Origin: a candidate division WOR-3 bacterium
GTDB taxonomy: Bacteria > Hydrothermota > Hydrothermia > UBA1063 > CAJXJZ01
Assembly: GCA_026986775.1 (NCBI GenBank)
Contig: JALSNX010000028.1
Coordinates: 7,609-71,608 of the forward strand
Direction: 5' to 3'
Length of the DNA stretch: 64,000 bases
The notes under the pieces were generated by a model. It was not told where the DNA came from. It searched no databases and worked only from the letters and a program-made list of their open reading frames with translations. Within the stretch, counting starts at the first letter, position 1. Each line of letters starts with the position of its first letter. Positions 47,397 through 56,653 of the stretch are shown piece after piece. The position numbers were made by a program, and so were the translations under genes.

Positions 47397-48535
47397 TATT
47401 CACACCTCCTGGCAAGAAAAACGCTTAAAATTCCAAAAAGAACGTTCGGAAACCACATAGCAAGAGCAGGGGAAATGTATCCCCTTCTTGCAAGTTCCTC
47501 ACCACCTATAAGAAAAATATAGTATACCGTAAATACAAGGAACGAAAAACCAAAAGCAGCACCATACCCACCCTTCTTTGTAAGCGTTGCAATTGCCGCA
47601 CCAAGAACAATAAATATAATACCTGCAAAAGGCAGCGAAAACTTCTTGTGTATCTCTATAAAATATCTGTCTTTGATTTTTTTAAGAATGCGTAAACGTA
47701 TGGTGTCTCTGGGGTCCGTTTTCTCTATTTCCTTATCCTTTTCCTTTATGGCTGAAAGAAGCATCGCTACAGTCATTTCCCTCTCACTTCTATACTTTCT
47801 TTCCTTCTCTGTAAGTTTGGTGTCGATCGGTATCCTGATAATCTGCCTTTTAAAACTTATTTCGCGAAAATCTTCATTCTTCTCGCCAGCGCTTTCATAA
47901 ATGCTCCCCTGTTTAAGAACAAGTACAATCAACGTATCACCTTCCGAATTAAGCAGGCCTCTTTTTGCCACTATTGTCCTTACACCACTGTTCTCAGGTA
48001 ACTTTTCTATTATCTTAATATTTTTCAGTTCCCCAGTCCTCTCATTCTTCTTATCAGCATAAATAAGATAATCTCCAACCTTACTGAATACCCCCTCCTG
48101 TATACTCACTGCCGGTTTTTTTGCATGAATACTGAATATCAAATTTTTCACCCGGTGGTTTGCTTCTGGCAAAATCCTGTCATTAAACCAGCACATGAAA
48201 AGAAAAACAAAGAACGCAAAAACAAGCGGCCCAAAGAGTGTTCTCTTAAAACTTATACCAAGAGACTTAAAGGCCATCATTTCAAAATCCTGCGATAATC
48301 GGCCATAAGCTACAAGTGAAGAAATGAGCAGAGCCATGGAGACTGTCATGGCAAGTATAAATGGCAGAGAATACAGAAAAACCTTGAACACCACCAACAC
48401 AGGAACTCCCTTTCTGATAATAAGGTCCATAAGCTGATACACCCGATTTAAGAGTAATAAGATTGTAAACGTAAAAAGACCTCCTGCGAAAGGTGACAGG
48501 TGTTCCCTTATGAGATAAAGGTCAATTTTTCTCAT
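47396..48535 (-). CDS. LptF/LptG (YjgP/YjgQ) family permease
   Basis: 379 aa. MRKIDLYLIREHLSPFAGGLFTFTILLLLNRVYQLMDLI is the classic N-terminus. Three TM, then a periplasmic domain, then three TM. Confidence 0.8.
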   Translation of the reverse strand: MRKIDLYLIREHLSPFAGGLFTFTILLLLNRVYQLMDLIIRKGVPVLVVFKVFLYSLPFILAMTVSMALLISSLVAYGRLSQDFEMMAFKSLGISFKRTLFGPLVFAFFVFLFMCWFNDRILPEANHRVKNLIFSIHAKKPAVSIQEGVFSKVGDYLIYADKKNERTGELKNIKIIEKLPENSGVRTIVAKRGLLNSEGDTLIVLVLKQGSIYESAGEKNEDFREISFKRQIIRIPIDTKLTEKERKYRSEREMTVAMLLSAIKEKDKEIEKTDPRDTIRLRILKKIKDRYFIEIHKKFSLPFAGIIFIVLGAAIATLTKKGGYGAAFGFSFLVFTVYYIFLIGGEELARRGYISPALAMWFPNVLFGILSVFLARRCE

Positions 48536-48747
48536 TTAGACCTTAAAATGAGTGACAAAAGGAGAGTGAGTATTATTGATATCAAAATACTCGTTCCAAT
48601 AGGAAAATAAAACACAAAATTTTTTCCTCTGATTACTATATCAAATGGCAGTTTAAAGCCTGTGCTGCCTATAAGATAAAAGACTCCACCTGCCAGAAGG
48701 AATATCAACCCTGTTACAATAAGAATTGTTCCAATTTCTTTTAACAT
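48532..48747 (-). CDS. DUF2905-family small membrane protein
   Basis: 71 aa. LPFDIVIRGKNFVFYFPIGTSILISIILTLLLSL matches DUF2905 conserved segments. Confidence 0.6.
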   Translation of the reverse strand: MLKEIGTILIVTGLIFLLAGGVFYLIGSTGFKLPFDIVIRGKNFVFYFPIGTSILISIILTLLLSLILRSK

Positions 48748-48782
48748 AATTAAATTTTACGGGTATTTCTGGATAAATCAAA

Positions 48783-48810
48783 GAAAAAAGGGGGCACTCT
48801 GGCCCCCTAT
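48783..48810 (-). terminator. Rho-independent terminator after the propeptide-like gene (GGGGGCcagagtGCCCCC plus T-run on the minus strand)
   Basis: Plus strand reads gaaaaaaGGGGGCactctgGCCCCCtat. The hairpin is nearly identical to the one at 11616..11645. Confidence 0.55.
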
Positions 48811-48817
48811 GTATTGA

Positions 48818-49456
48818 TCAGTTCCTCAGTGGTGGCGCAAAAGCATCTATATCCTCAGGATTTACAACAAAGCCCTTTAGCTGTCCACGAATAAGGTTAA
48901 GTTGATTTATGGTAATTGGATTTACACTTCTGGCTCCTTCCTGATACTTCACTTTTAGAACGAGACTGGTAATAACCCTCAATTCACCACTTACGGGATT
49001 ATATATAACAGGATACACGATGAAAGAAGCAAGAGAGAATCCTCCCATGTTCCCAACTTTGCCAAACTTTACCGGAATTTCTGGATAAAAAGCATCCTTT
49101 TCGTATATCTTTTTATCCGGCCCAATAAATTTCTCGGGAACCTTGAAGGAAATTGGAACCGGTTTCTGCTGTGGTATAACTTTATAGCCTGTACCAATGT
49201 ACTTCGTCTCCATACTCACAATTTCAAAGCCATTGAAACTACTTCCTGCTGGTATAAGCACGGCAACACCACGAGAAGGAAGCATAGGAGCACCAAAAGG
49301 ATTGGTGTAGCCAAAATCTTCATATGTAACCGTAACATATCCCTTTTCCGATCCCAATTTAACTTTAGCAGGGTCAAAAGAGAATTTTATTATTTTTTCT
49401 CCTGCCTGCAGAATCGTAAAGGAAAGAAGCATTATAAAAAGTGTCTTTTTAAGCAT
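48818..49456 (-). CDS. Secreted stand-alone gingipain-type propeptide (Propeptide_C25-like) protein
   Basis: 212 aa. Signal peptide MLKKTLFIMLLSFTILQA. GAPMLPSRGVAVLIP and IYEKDAFYPEIPVKFGKVGNMGGFSLASFIVYPVIYNPVSGELRVITSLVLKV align with gingipain pro-domain segments (G.P.LP.., Y.EDkFfP.E, qYNPV..LRiyt.ivv.V). It has its own SD (AGGAGG) 10 nt after the stop of the C25 gene. Confidence 0.6.
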   Translation of the reverse strand: MLKKTLFIMLLSFTILQAGEKIIKFSFDPAKVKLGSEKGYVTVTYEDFGYTNPFGAPMLPSRGVAVLIPAGSSFNGFEIVSMETKYIGTGYKVIPQQKPVPISFKVPEKFIGPDKKIYEKDAFYPEIPVKFGKVGNMGGFSLASFIVYPVIYNPVSGELRVITSLVLKVKYQEGARSVNPITINQLNLIRGQLKGFVVNPEDIDAFAPPLRN

Positions 49457-49466
49457 AACCCACCTC

Positions 49467-52385
49467 CTACCTTGTCTTCAAAATCTTTTCAATTTTCTTA
49501 TAATCCCGGGCGTTTATATTCACGAAGTAAACTCCAGGCCTTACTGTGGATAAATTAACAGAATGAACACCGATGTTACTGTTCACTGTAAATTCTTCAG
49601 ATTTCACAAGACGGCCATCAACACCGTACACCACCACATCAACTTTTGTGTTTACAGGAGCTTCATAGGCAATGGAAAGATAACCACTTATTATATTATT
49701 TCTGAGAGCAAATCTAATTTTCCTTCCTCTTTCCTGCTCACCTACACCTGTTGTTGGAACAACATAAACGGTATCCTGAGCATAAATGTAGTTATGCTTC
49801 GTGGAGGTAATTACTATATCATTGGTTTCTGCGGCATTGACAGAAAAACTCACAGTTCCTGAAGCGTCTGTGGTATCAACGAGATAAATATCGTAACTAT
49901 CTCCTGAAAACTTCTGAAGCAGCGTAACAACAGCATCGGATACTGCAGCCTTACTCTTAGCATCAGATACAGTTACTGTAATGACCGTGTCCTGTCCCTG
50001 AAGTATGGTATCAGTATTAACAGTCATAACTAAATTCACCGGTACCTCTGTCCATATCTCAAGCGTCGGGTCACCAAGGAGATTTCTTTCATAAAGACAC
50101 CACCTGAAATAATTGTCATTCTGGGCATCAGGCACCATTGAACTCTGCATATTTGCCCAGACCTGACCAAGAATGTATAGTCCATTTTGATGAATGGCTC
50201 TGAAGAAGTACTTACTCTGTTCTCCTGATGGCCCAAGTGCACCTTCAGGTGACGAATAGCCCCAGCCATACCTTGAATTAAACAAAGACGCCACTGTTCC
50301 ACCGTTTGTAGCATTTACAAGATGCTCTGCAAAACAGTCTCCATTTGATACCTCATCCATTGCACCAGCGAAACAGGCTATTGATGTGGTAATTGAGAGT
50401 TTGTCAAAACCGTTGGAAAGGTTGTCTGCATCTGTATTGTTCATCATTGTGCTTGAACCGTTATTATAATAAACTCCATACTCATTACCATGACCTACAA
50501 AGTGCACCAATTGATAACCGTTATTAAATTCACTGTTAACTGAAGACTCCGATACGCCCTCCACATCTTCCCTCATAAATGTATGCGTCCAGTCGGCAGG
50601 GTCAAACTGAACCATGGTATCAGGCATACTGGTACCATGATTGGTATCCCAGAGATTACCCTGAGGGTGGAAGCTTGATTTTATATATGATGCATCCTGA
50701 TAAGGACTCCTCTCAAAATAGAGTAACTTGTTAACAAAGTTCTGGACCTGAGACGTGTTCTTTACAGGTGCTCTCCCAACATAAACATCGGGGTACATAT
50801 CCACATTATCACTCGTTTCTCCATAGGTTCCGTCACCATCACCATCCCACGTTCCATCCAGGTCAGCAAAATACAGATCTGTTATAATGGTATCCTCATC
50901 TGTATAATAACCGGCATTGGACTGGAACACAAAGGCATTTCTCCTTGGCACTATCTCCTCGCCGTTTTCATAGTCACACTGCCCACCAAGAAGGAAATAC
51001 ATGGTTCCATAATTTGCATTCATGTCCTTGATGAAATTCCTTATTTTTTCTGCATTATCATTGCCCGTGTAATTCGCATAAATAGTGTCAAGGGAAACTA
51101 TTCTGGTTCTTATTCCTTTCTGGTTTTTCCAGTCTGCAAGAGGTTCAAAATACGGTGCAAATGAAGAGGATGTGATTATAACAAAATCTGCAGGGCCTAT
51201 GGAGCCTGAGCCACCTCCTCCACCACCACCTGTGCCCCAGGTGTAGGTTTCAGAATGAGAATTATCAGATTCATTGGTTTCTGGTATAGTATTATCTGGG
51301 TCAGCAGTAATCTGGTAGGTGTAGGATCCATCTGTGCTTTCATGTATTTTGTAATTCTTTACATAGACATAATAGCCCGATTGTAAACCCTGTGAATACC
51401 ATCCTGCTATTGCCTGTCCTTCTCTATAAAGATAGTAATATATAGTGTCTGTAGAGGGAATGTCATCAGGTCCTTCATTTATAACCGCCCAGTGCACATA
51501 CTGAGAATCGCCGGGGTTTGTACTGTAATTTCCAGGAGGCGCTGCCGTTGTATCCGAGGAATCAGCAGAAATTACGAGGGATGAATACCATCCTGTAGGG
51601 GTATAAGGTTTTAGATTGGCAGAATAACCAGAACCTCCTCCTGAGGTCTCTATATAAGCAGTAATAAGCCAGTCTATATGAGTACCCGCACCACCGTAAT
51701 CTGCCCACCAACTATCAGTCTGTTCCCAACTGCCGTTGTACATATCATAACAACGATCAGGAGCAATACCAGATGTATCATAAATAAGCCCAAGAGTATC
51801 CACACCAGAAAGTAAAGAATAACCTATATAAAAATCACCGTTTCCCACATTTATACCTAATGATGAAAGGTCAACATATGTACCATGACCGTCGGTATAA
51901 ATATTACTCGTAGATATATCCATATAACCGAGTTCTGTTCCCGGTCCTCCACCATTATCATTCCAAACATGTATTCTTATATTACCACTCCCCACCAGAT
52001 GATAAAACCAGAAAGCAACTCCAACTAGCTGTCCCGACTGTGAAGGAGTAAATTTCACCGAGTAAAGAGAATCATCATAACTATCAGGCTGGTTCCAGTA
52101 AAAATAAGCAGCACTGGAACTTGTATCCCAGTAAAAAACTTTAAGCGTATCACCCTTAGTATACATATCATCAATTACAGGTTTAATTCTAACCAGATCA
52201 CCGTAAGTTCCTTTTTTTGAGCAAATTTTCTTATTGTTTGTTACCGGAAGACTTTTCCCCGTTTTATTCCATTTATCAGCCTTCGCCACTTGAGCCCTGC
52301 CCACTATGGGCACGCCCTTGAGGGGATGTGTCGTTACCACAAGCCCCCCATACATTATCAGGATGGACATTACTATACCATACAT
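49467..52385 (-). CDS. Peptidase C25 (gingipain-like) cysteine protease with an N-terminal CARDB-like domain and a C-terminal T9SS sorting domain; alternatively a PorU-like T9SS signal peptidase
   Basis: 972 aa. Signal-like N-terminus. CARDB-like segment (...PDNTIPETNESDNSHS...). A G7SGS linker. Catalytic domain start ADFVIITSSSFAPYFEPLADWKNQKGIRTRIV. His motif FVGHGNEYG and Cys motif SIACFAGAMD. C-terminal VDVVVYGVDGRLV...RPGVYFVNINARDYKKIEKILKTR matches the T9SS CTD. Confidence 0.85.
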   Translation of the reverse strand: MYGIVMSILIMYGGLVVTTHPLKGVPIVGRAQVAKADKWNKTGKSLPVTNNKKICSKKGTYGDLVRIKPVIDDMYTKGDTLKVFYWDTSSSAAYFYWNQPDSYDDSLYSVKFTPSQSGQLVGVAFWFYHLVGSGNIRIHVWNDNGGGPGTELGYMDISTSNIYTDGHGTYVDLSSLGINVGNGDFYIGYSLLSGVDTLGLIYDTSGIAPDRCYDMYNGSWEQTDSWWADYGGAGTHIDWLITAYIETSGGGSGYSANLKPYTPTGWYSSLVISADSSDTTAAPPGNYSTNPGDSQYVHWAVINEGPDDIPSTDTIYYYLYREGQAIAGWYSQGLQSGYYVYVKNYKIHESTDGSYTYQITADPDNTIPETNESDNSHSETYTWGTGGGGGGGSGSIGPADFVIITSSSFAPYFEPLADWKNQKGIRTRIVSLDTIYANYTGNDNAEKIRNFIKDMNANYGTMYFLLGGQCDYENGEEIVPRRNAFVFQSNAGYYTDEDTIITDLYFADLDGTWDGDGDGTYGETSDNVDMYPDVYVGRAPVKNTSQVQNFVNKLLYFERSPYQDASYIKSSFHPQGNLWDTNHGTSMPDTMVQFDPADWTHTFMREDVEGVSESSVNSEFNNGYQLVHFVGHGNEYGVYYNNGSSTMMNNTDADNLSNGFDKLSITTSIACFAGAMDEVSNGDCFAEHLVNATNGGTVASLFNSRYGWGYSSPEGALGPSGEQSKYFFRAIHQNGLYILGQVWANMQSSMVPDAQNDNYFRWCLYERNLLGDPTLEIWTEVPVNLVMTVNTDTILQGQDTVITVTVSDAKSKAAVSDAVVTLLQKFSGDSYDIYLVDTTDASGTVSFSVNAAETNDIVITSTKHNYIYAQDTVYVVPTTGVGEQERGRKIRFALRNNIISGYLSIAYEAPVNTKVDVVVYGVDGRLVKSEEFTVNSNIGVHSVNLSTVRPGVYFVNINARDYKKIEKILKTR

Positions 52386-52485
52386 ACAAACCTCCCCTTT
52401 TTGCCAAATTTATAAAATTCAATTTTCATAATATTATCCTGAAGCCAAATTAATATTCATTTTTAAACTGTTTCATATACGAACT

Positions 52486-52513
52486 AATTATACACCTTTA
52501 TCCAGAAAAGTCA
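52486..52513 (-). promoter_or_regulatory. Candidate sigma-70 promoter (TTGACT-N16-TATAAT) for the C25 peptidase/propeptide operon
   Basis: Minus strand reads TTGACTtttctggataaaggtgTATAAT, about 100 nt upstream of the C25 ATG in an AT-rich 153-bp intergenic region. Confidence 0.4.
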
Positions 52514-52538
52514 AACTCATGTTCAAAAATCATGTTTA

Positions 52539-53363
52539 TTACTTTATTAACCTGAGAAGTTGGAGCATTTCAAGTGGGTATTGCATGTGTTTTATATTTT
52601 CCTTTCTACATCCATCACGCTGATCCTCATCATAATTATCACAATTCTCTGTCTCAACTACAAATGAAAAAACTATGTCTCCTATGTTTTGCGGTATAAA
52701 ATAAAGATAATGATAGAGATGACCGGCCGCACCTTCTGTTCCCCCTTTTATGAAACAGAATCTAATGGAATTATGTTTCAGAGTAATTATTTTGCTCTCT
52801 ATCTCCTTGTTTTCAGATGGAAAAAAGTCATGGATGAATTTGAGAGATGGACAGGAATCTTTATTTTGTATTATAGAGGAATCCACCTTGTTTACGCTCA
52901 ATCTAACAAAACCAGAAGGCTCAATTTTGCTGAGTATAACAAGACCTGAATTCTTTAAAATATAGACCTTAGAAGTATCTTTAATTTCTGATTTGCGAAT
53001 TACTGCATTTTTGTAAGTCTGCTTTAACGATACAACTCTACATCCTTCGGCACGACACCTCAAAATAGATATTTCATCAATTATTCCAACACTTTCCCAT
53101 TCTTTAAATCCCTCCTTCAAGCTGGCATAAACTCTATAGAGAGAACTGTCAATTTTTTCAACACCTTTTATTGTAAATCCCGTGTATCTAAAGTCACCAC
53201 TTTCTATTAAGGAATACTCAGGATTTAGTGTGTCAGAGGTTGCATCCTTTATAAATCCGCTGTCACACTCTACCCTTGCTCTGTAGAACTTTTCAGCAAA
53301 CCTACGAACATAATTGGAAGGAGAAACTGCAAGTACTAATATGCAAAAGAGTATAGCCGTCAT
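52539..53363 (-). CDS. Secreted Cys-containing hypothetical protein
   Basis: 274 aa. Signal peptide MTAILFCILVLAVSPS. I recognise no catalytic motifs. Confidence 0.5.
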   Translation of the reverse strand: MTAILFCILVLAVSPSNYVRRFAEKFYRARVECDSGFIKDATSDTLNPEYSLIESGDFRYTGFTIKGVEKIDSSLYRVYASLKEGFKEWESVGIIDEISILRCRAEGCRVVSLKQTYKNAVIRKSEIKDTSKVYILKNSGLVILSKIEPSGFVRLSVNKVDSSIIQNKDSCPSLKFIHDFFPSENKEIESKIITLKHNSIRFCFIKGGTEGAAGHLYHYLYFIPQNIGDIVFSFVVETENCDNYDEDQRDGCRKENIKHMQYPLEMLQLLRLIK

Positions 53364-53365
53364 TT

Positions 53366-53650
53366 TTATTCCTCACATATGCATGGTATTCTCCCACACT
53401 TTGGACAACCTTTTTCATACTTTTTTATCGCATCATCAAGGTTAATGTCAAGTAAATTTGCAAGAGAAAATGTCCAGGCAAGGACATCGGCAAACTCTTC
53501 CTCAAGGTTTTTCCTATCTTTTTTTCTTATGGCCTTTGCAAGCTCACCCACTTCCTCACACAGCCATCTGAAGGTGCCCTCCACGCCACGGGCAGAATCC
53601 TTCTTATAGTAAATATCTCCTATCAGTTTCTGAAACTCTTTCATCTCCAT
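53366..53650 (-). CDS. Small MazG-like nucleotide pyrophosphohydrolase with a C-terminal Zn ribbon
   Basis: 94 aa. WLCEEVGELAKAIRKKD...EEEFADVLAWTFSLANLLDINLDDA is the MazG/EEVGE motif. C-terminal CPKCGRIPCIC. Confidence 0.65.
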   Translation of the reverse strand: MEMKEFQKLIGDIYYKKDSARGVEGTFRWLCEEVGELAKAIRKKDRKNLEEEFADVLAWTFSLANLLDINLDDAIKKYEKGCPKCGRIPCICEE

Positions 53651-54897
53651 CAGAGCCTTTCCCTTATATATTCATTCAGTTCTTTCTTAACATCTTCATC
53701 AATACTCCGTTCAAAGGGTAACATGTCAGCATTACCTACAAATTCAATCAATTTACGGGATGCCTCAAAGTGTTTTAATAATCCTTCATACCTGTAATAA
53801 TAGCCTCTATCGTTTTCCGTGTGTATGTGGACTGTGGCACGTCCCTTAACTCTTGCAAGGTTAATAAAAGGTACACCATTTTTCGCAAAGGGTATGCTGT
53901 CACTTGAATATATGCCTTTCTTTAAGTCAACAAAAATTCCCGCTTCTTTCAGCACAGAAGATGCCATATTCAAAAGTCCCTGTGAGCCTGTAACACGGCC
54001 TGTAAGTATACCTATCGGGTCTCCTCCAACATCAAGATTAAGACCCATCACAACATTTTTTATGAAATCAGCATGTTTTTCAGCATAAGCAAGGGAACCT
54101 GTAAGCCCCCACTCTTCTCCAGAGAAGAAAACAAACCTCAGGTTGCGACATACAGGATGGTCCTTAAAATATTTCAAAAGAGCAAACATGGTTGCAACTC
54201 CTGCTCCATTATCAGAAAACCCCGGCGAATATGGGACGGTATCATAATGCCCCGTAATCAAAATGGTCTCCTCTGTATCAGCGATCCCGTGAATACTAAC
54301 CTCAATATTATGCCCTTTTGTCTTAAATGTCTTTCCTTCTCCCTTCATAACAACCGTTTTCCCCACAAAGTTAAGAAGATAAACTGCATCGTCATATTTT
54401 ATGGAACAGGCGGGCAATACATTATTTTCCTTAATGGCCTTCTGCCTCAAATGAAGCGAAGGAAGTTCCTTATCGGGTAACTGGACCACAATAAAACCTC
54501 TGCAACCCCGCTTTTTCAGTGAAACTGTATGTCCGTATTTTGGGGATACTGCAAACATGCAGATACTGTCTTCGAGATTATTTTTTACGGAAAGTGCTTC
54601 TTCAGGATGGTCAAAGTACAAAAGCGTTCCCTCAATTTCATAGGGTACACTCAGCCCAAAAGGCCTTATCTCCATTTCCTTATCGCCTGCCCTTATCTTC
54701 CCTCTGAGCCCTGTGGAAATATAGAGTTCAAACTCCTCTTTTTTAAATGATACACCTATTTTTTCAAGATACTTTCTAAATACAAGAACCGCCCTTTCCT
54801 CTGTTTCTGTCCCTGCAATACGCTCACCTTCAAGTTCCCTGAGAAGGGAAAGGGCGGTCTCTATATAGTCTTTATTTTGCTTTTTTTCCGTACTCAA
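53650..54897 (-). CDS. M28-family metallo-aminopeptidase-like protein
   Basis: 415 aa. ITGHYDTVPYSPGFSDNGAGVATMFAL ... VFFSGEEWGLTGS shows Zn-ligand motifs of peptidase M28. Confidence 0.8.
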   Translation of the reverse strand: MSTEKKQNKDYIETALSLLRELEGERIAGTETEERAVLVFRKYLEKIGVSFKKEEFELYISTGLRGKIRAGDKEMEIRPFGLSVPYEIEGTLLYFDHPEEALSVKNNLEDSICMFAVSPKYGHTVSLKKRGCRGFIVVQLPDKELPSLHLRQKAIKENNVLPACSIKYDDAVYLLNFVGKTVVMKGEGKTFKTKGHNIEVSIHGIADTEETILITGHYDTVPYSPGFSDNGAGVATMFALLKYFKDHPVCRNLRFVFFSGEEWGLTGSLAYAEKHADFIKNVVMGLNLDVGGDPIGILTGRVTGSQGLLNMASSVLKEAGIFVDLKKGIYSSDSIPFAKNGVPFINLARVKGRATVHIHTENDRGYYYRYEGLLKHFEASRKLIEFVGNADMLPFERSIDEDVKKELNEYIRERL

Positions 54898-55402
54898 AGA
54901 GGCAACCTGCTTTCAGAATTTCAACCTGTACCATGGACGGTTTCTTACACTGAAGTTCTGCACCGTCTTCCTTTCTGATAATGCCATTTTCAAAATCAAG
55001 TTCCACGATTTCACCATGACTGAGTTTGCCTTCCTTTATATAGTCCTCAATAAGGGGACATTCTACAATGGGAAATGCAGAATTTATCGCATTTCTCTTG
55101 AAAATTGCTCCAAATGACGGTGCAATTATGCACCCTGTGCCGAGAGCGCGGAAACAGTCAACCGCATGCTGTCTTGAGGAGCCTGCACCAAAATTGTGTC
55201 CTGCTATTATTATATCGTTTTTCTGAGCAAGTTGTGGATAATTTTCGTATCCTTCAAGATTCCCAAGACAGTATTTGCCCATTTCCTTTATGTCAGTTAT
55301 GTGAAGATACATGTTGTGATAAATCTGGTCAGTGTCAATATCTTTAATCAGATTGCCCTCTTTATCTTTAAGAATAAATACTCTGCCCTTTATTTTCATC
55401 AC
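54872..55402 (-). CDS. leuD: 3-isopropylmalate/homoaconitate dehydratase small subunit (LeuD-type)
   Basis: 176 aa. VFILKDKE..NIDTDQIY...IIIAGHNFGAGSSRQHA is the aconitase swivel-domain signature. Confidence 0.85.
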   Translation of the reverse strand: MMKIKGRVFILKDKEGNLIKDIDTDQIYHNMYLHITDIKEMGKYCLGNLEGYENYPQLAQKNDIIIAGHNFGAGSSRQHAVDCFRALGTGCIIAPSFGAIFKRNAINSAFPIVECPLIEDYIKEGKLSHGEIVELDFENGIIRKEDGAELQCKKPSMVQVEILKAGCLFEYGKKAK

Positions 55403-56652
55403 AAAACCTCCCTTGGGTCGGTTATTCTTCCTGTTATGGCAGATGCTGCAGCAACCTCAGGGCTAACAAGGTATGTCTCACCTTTTCCCTGTTTTCCGGG
55501 GAAGTTCCTGTTGGAGGTATTCAGTGAAACCTCACCCTCTCCTGTCATTCCGGGATGTCCCTGTGCACAACCAGCACATGAGGGGTTTGTGATAATGGCA
55601 CCCATGTCAAATAAATCCTGAAGAATCCCTTTCTCCATGAGTTTTTTATAGGCCCTTCTTGTTGCAGGTGTAATGGATAAAATCACTCCGTCCTTTATCT
55701 TCTTTCCTTTAAGTATTTTCCATGCGCTTTCAATGTCCTCCTCACGACCATTTGTGCAGGAACCTATGTAAATCATATCCACCTTAACATCTTTTAACTC
55801 GGACACAGGAAAAACATTATGCGGATGTGGAGGCGCCGCCACCTGGCTCTCAAGTCCGCTCACATCAATCTCTATTTCTTTTTCATACTCTGCATCTGTG
55901 TCCGCATAGAATACCTCAAAGTCATCCCTGCCTGTAAATGCTTTAACTTCTTCAACGGTTTTTTCTGTAAAAGGCACATATCCTATTATCCCACCCATCT
56001 CCGTTACCATGGATAAAAGGGTAATCCTTCCATAAAGTGGAAGGCTTTCAACTGCATCTCCGTAAAATTCTATCGCCCTTCCGAGTGCAAATTCTGTTTT
56101 TATGTGCTTCAGTATGTAAAGCGTCAGGTCTTTTGCGGTTGTAGGGTATTCAAAAGACCCCTTTATATTGATTTTAACCGTCTTAGGCACCTCAAACCAT
56201 GTTTTACCTGTCTTAAAGACAAATGTTATATCTACATCTCCCATGCCCTGACCGAAAGCACCAATAGCACCCACTATGTTATAGTGGCTGTCCGTTCCAA
56301 CTGCTGTTTTCCCCGGCAGAATATGGCCTTCTTCCATAAGGACATGGGTTCCTATACCGTATCCAACATCATATACCTTTATTCCCTGCTCCCTGGCAAA
56401 CCTGCGGCATAAGGATTGATTTATTGCATACTTTATGGTCTTTGCAGGTGCAACGAGGTCAAATGTAAAGAATGTCTTTTTGGGATTATCTACGGGCTCT
56501 GAATCGTAGTGTTCTTTATAGTGTTTTACGACATTGGGGCCGCCAAAGTCTCTCGCACTTCTCACATCAATATCAAGCCATATAATATTGCCCGGCTTGA
56601 CCTCATCTTTTGAATGTGAAGAAAGTATCTTCTCTACAATGGTCTTACCCAT
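55399..56652 (-). CDS. leuC: 3-isopropylmalate/homoaconitate dehydratase large subunit (short, archaeal-type LeuC/HacA)
   Basis: 417 aa. MGKTIVEKILSSHS...GTDSHYNIVGAIGAFGQGMG...SCTNGREEDI carry the Fe-S cluster Cys ligands. Confidence 0.85.
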   Translation of the reverse strand: MGKTIVEKILSSHSKDEVKPGNIIWLDIDVRSARDFGGPNVVKHYKEHYDSEPVDNPKKTFFTFDLVAPAKTIKYAINQSLCRRFAREQGIKVYDVGYGIGTHVLMEEGHILPGKTAVGTDSHYNIVGAIGAFGQGMGDVDITFVFKTGKTWFEVPKTVKINIKGSFEYPTTAKDLTLYILKHIKTEFALGRAIEFYGDAVESLPLYGRITLLSMVTEMGGIIGYVPFTEKTVEEVKAFTGRDDFEVFYADTDAEYEKEIEIDVSGLESQVAAPPHPHNVFPVSELKDVKVDMIYIGSCTNGREEDIESAWKILKGKKIKDGVILSITPATRRAYKKLMEKGILQDLFDMGAIITNPSCAGCAQGHPGMTGEGEVSLNTSNRNFPGKQGKGETYLVSPEVAAASAITGRITDPREVL

Positions 56653-56653
56653 C

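Noticed and set aside
51180-51245. A short repetitive GGAGG/GGTGG nucleotide tract, considered as a possible repeat element or CRISPR-like signal.
   Set aside because: It encodes the in-frame Gly7-Ser-Gly-Ser linker (GGGGGGGSGS) of the C25 protein. It is not an intergenic repeat array.
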